Shown piece by piece: positions 62,095-64,000 of a stretch of DNA of 64,000 bases. The DNA is from Lama glama (lineage: Eukaryota). The stretch spans positions 38,194,001 through 38,258,000 of the forward strand of contig CM052818.1 in assembly GCA_028534125.1 (NCBI GenBank). Reading direction: 5' to 3'. The notes below the pieces were generated by a model. The model did not search any database. It was not told where the DNA came from and was given only the letters and a program-made list of their open reading frames with translations. Both the position numbers and the translations under genes were made by a program. Position 1 is the first letter of the stretch; each line of letters begins with the position of its first letter.

Positions 62095-63900
62095 TTTTAT
62101 TCAAATGATATTTATGAAGTGTCTGCCATTTGCAAGGGGCTATGCAAGACAGCAGGGATATACCTGTGAGCAAAACCACAAGATGCCTTGCCTCTTATTC
62201 ATTTAGCAAAGATGTTGTGATTATCGACTGTGTTCGGACACTGATCTTGGCACTAAAAACGACAGCAGTGAAGGTAACACAGTCCCTGCCCCGTGCTTCT
62301 TGGAGATTGCATTTCAGTGGGAGAAATGGGTTGCAGACTGATTGTATAATTGAGTATTTCATTACAGTTACCGTACACACCATCAAAGAACAGTAGAGAA
62401 CTCCATGAGCGCATTTCACAGAGGACCTGACCTGGACTGAACAGTCAGGAAGAGCTGCTTGGAGAAGACGAAGTTTCATCTGAGATCTAAAGGCTGAAGA
62501 GGCGAGCGTCGGGGGAAAGAAGGGGAGGGGAGGGAACCGTTCAGGAAACTAAACTATGTGGAAAGGTCATTCACTTTCCAAGACCTGCAAGAAGGCCAGT
62601 GTGGCTGGAGTGTGGAGAATGAGGGGCGGAGGGATGAGATGTAAGGCTGGAATGACAAAGCGGGGCTGAACTATTCGGGCCACCTAAGGCCACGGGAGGG
62701 GATTCTGAAATTGATGCCGTGGAAATGGGAAACAGCTAAGGATTTTACAAGGTAACTTGCATAATAAAATCTGATTTAAAAGCTTCTCCATATATGTTAT
62801 GGGGAATTGATTGGTAGGGAAAACACCAGATGTGGGAGTCATGGGGAATTATTACAACAGTCCCAGCTAGAGACACTGTTAGGTAAGACGAGGCAGTGGC
62901 TGTTGGCATGGGGACAAGAGGAGAAGGGAGGATATTTGAGAGATATTTAAGCGCTAGGCTCTTTGACTTATTTTCTGAACGGGTGCATTAAAAAGACAAT
63001 GATGTCAAGGATGACAACACATCTGGTTTGTGCACCTGGGTGCTCAGTGATGTACCATTTACTGAAATAAGGAACCGTGGAAGAGATCCTGTGATTGGAA
63101 ATGATGAGCTTACTTCTTCTTGCAGATTTAGGTATTTGTGGACTCCCATGGGGAGATGTCCAACAGATGACCTGGAACTCAGAGGTACAGAAAGAGGGAA
63201 ATTAAGATTTAGGGGTGTAATGGGTGTAACTGTGTCCTCCCAAAAGATGCGTTGAAGTCCTGACCCCCAGCACCTCAGAATGTGACCATAAGTCAGAATG
63301 TGACCATGCTGGGTCATGGCGGATGTGATTAGGATGAGGTCATACTGGAGCAGGGTGGCCTCCTAGTCCAAAACCACCATGCCCTTATGAGAAGAGGAAA
63401 AGACAGAGACACAGATACACTAGGGGAGAGCACTGTGTGATGGTGGAGCAGAGATTAAAGTGTTGCAGCTGCAGGGCCTGAGGCCTCCAGGGGCTGAGAG
63501 AGGCAGAGAAGGGTCCTCCACTAGAGGCTGGAGCGGGCAGCACAGCCTGACAGACATCCTGATGTCAGACTTCTAGCCTCCAGAACTGCGAAAGAATAAG
63601 CTGCTGACGTGTTATCCACCTGTTTGTGGCACTTTGTGACAGCAGCCCCAAGAAACTAAGACAAAGAGTCATTGGCCACTGATGGTCAGTAAAACCACAG
63701 CTGTGGCAAGATCACCAACAGAAATAGCTTGGGGTAGAGAGGGAGGGTCCACATCCAAGAAACGGCTCTTAAGGTAGAAGAGGAGACAGAAAAGATGCAC
63801 AGGTTCCCAAAAGATGTTTGTGGTGTCTGGCAAACAAAGTGACAAAGAGTTAAACTCAGAGGGTCAGCTAAGTGGTCCCCAAACCTCTGAGCAGCACAGG
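62095..63900 (-). mobile_element. long L2 (two adjacent 3' ends at about 62095 and 62195), split by an MLT1 LTR
   Basis: 'gcaagaaggccagtgtggctggagtgtggagaatgagggg', 'gatgtcaaggatgacaacacatctggtt', 'gatgtaccatttactgaaataagg', continuing after the LTR with 'gagtcattggccactgatggt'. Confidence 0.85.
63216..63663 (+). mobile_element. MaLR solo LTR (MLT1C-like)
   Basis: 'tgtaatgggtgtaactgtgtcctcccaaaagatgcgttgaagtcctgacccccagcacctcagaatgtgacc' to 'cagcagccccaagaaactaagaca'. Confidence 0.92.
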
Positions 63901-63919
63901 CAACAGACAGATGAAGATG

Positions 63920-63989
63920 ACATGGGGGGTCCCCTTCCTGAACTTCACATGGAGGGGTCCACACATGAGGGGTCCACTTCCTGAACCTC
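63920..63989. repeat. short imperfect tandem repeat
   Basis: Units acatggggggtccccttcctgaacttc / acatggaggggtccac / acatgaggggtccacttcctgaacctc. Confidence 0.75.
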
Positions 63990-64000
63990 AAGCCAGAGAG

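Noticed and set aside
1..64000. Prokaryotic-type systems (operons, CRISPR, defence islands), tRNA and rRNA genes
   Set aside because: The sequence is mammalian repeat-rich DNA; no spaced repeat arrays, dense ORFs or structural RNA signatures were seen

Overview
This is mammalian (eutherian) non-coding DNA, AT-rich and dominated by old interspersed repeats. I could not recognise any intact cellular protein-coding gene, RNA gene or CRISPR array. The only protein-like ORFs are decayed fragments of a Tigger1 transposase; most other long ORFs are antisense readings of L1. Main content: a near-full-length ancient L1 (about 12.95-21.7 kb, +) with a full-length Tigger1 inserted in its ORF1, several more L1 pieces, five MaLR (MLT1-type) solo LTRs, a MER5-type hAT element and many L2/MIR fragments. 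A Cetartiodactyla-type L1 3' end, with no pig, ruminant or whale SINEs seen, suggests a camelid-like genome (inference). The unique segments contain candidate regulatory elements: a triple POU octamer cluster, PBX/homeodomain clusters, a consensus CTCF site and a small CpG-rich patch that looks like GC-converted old repeat sequence. A few minus-strand exon-like segments could belong to a non-coding or decayed transcript. I found no convincing novel biological system. Repeat subfamily names come from recalled consensus sequences and boundaries are approximate.
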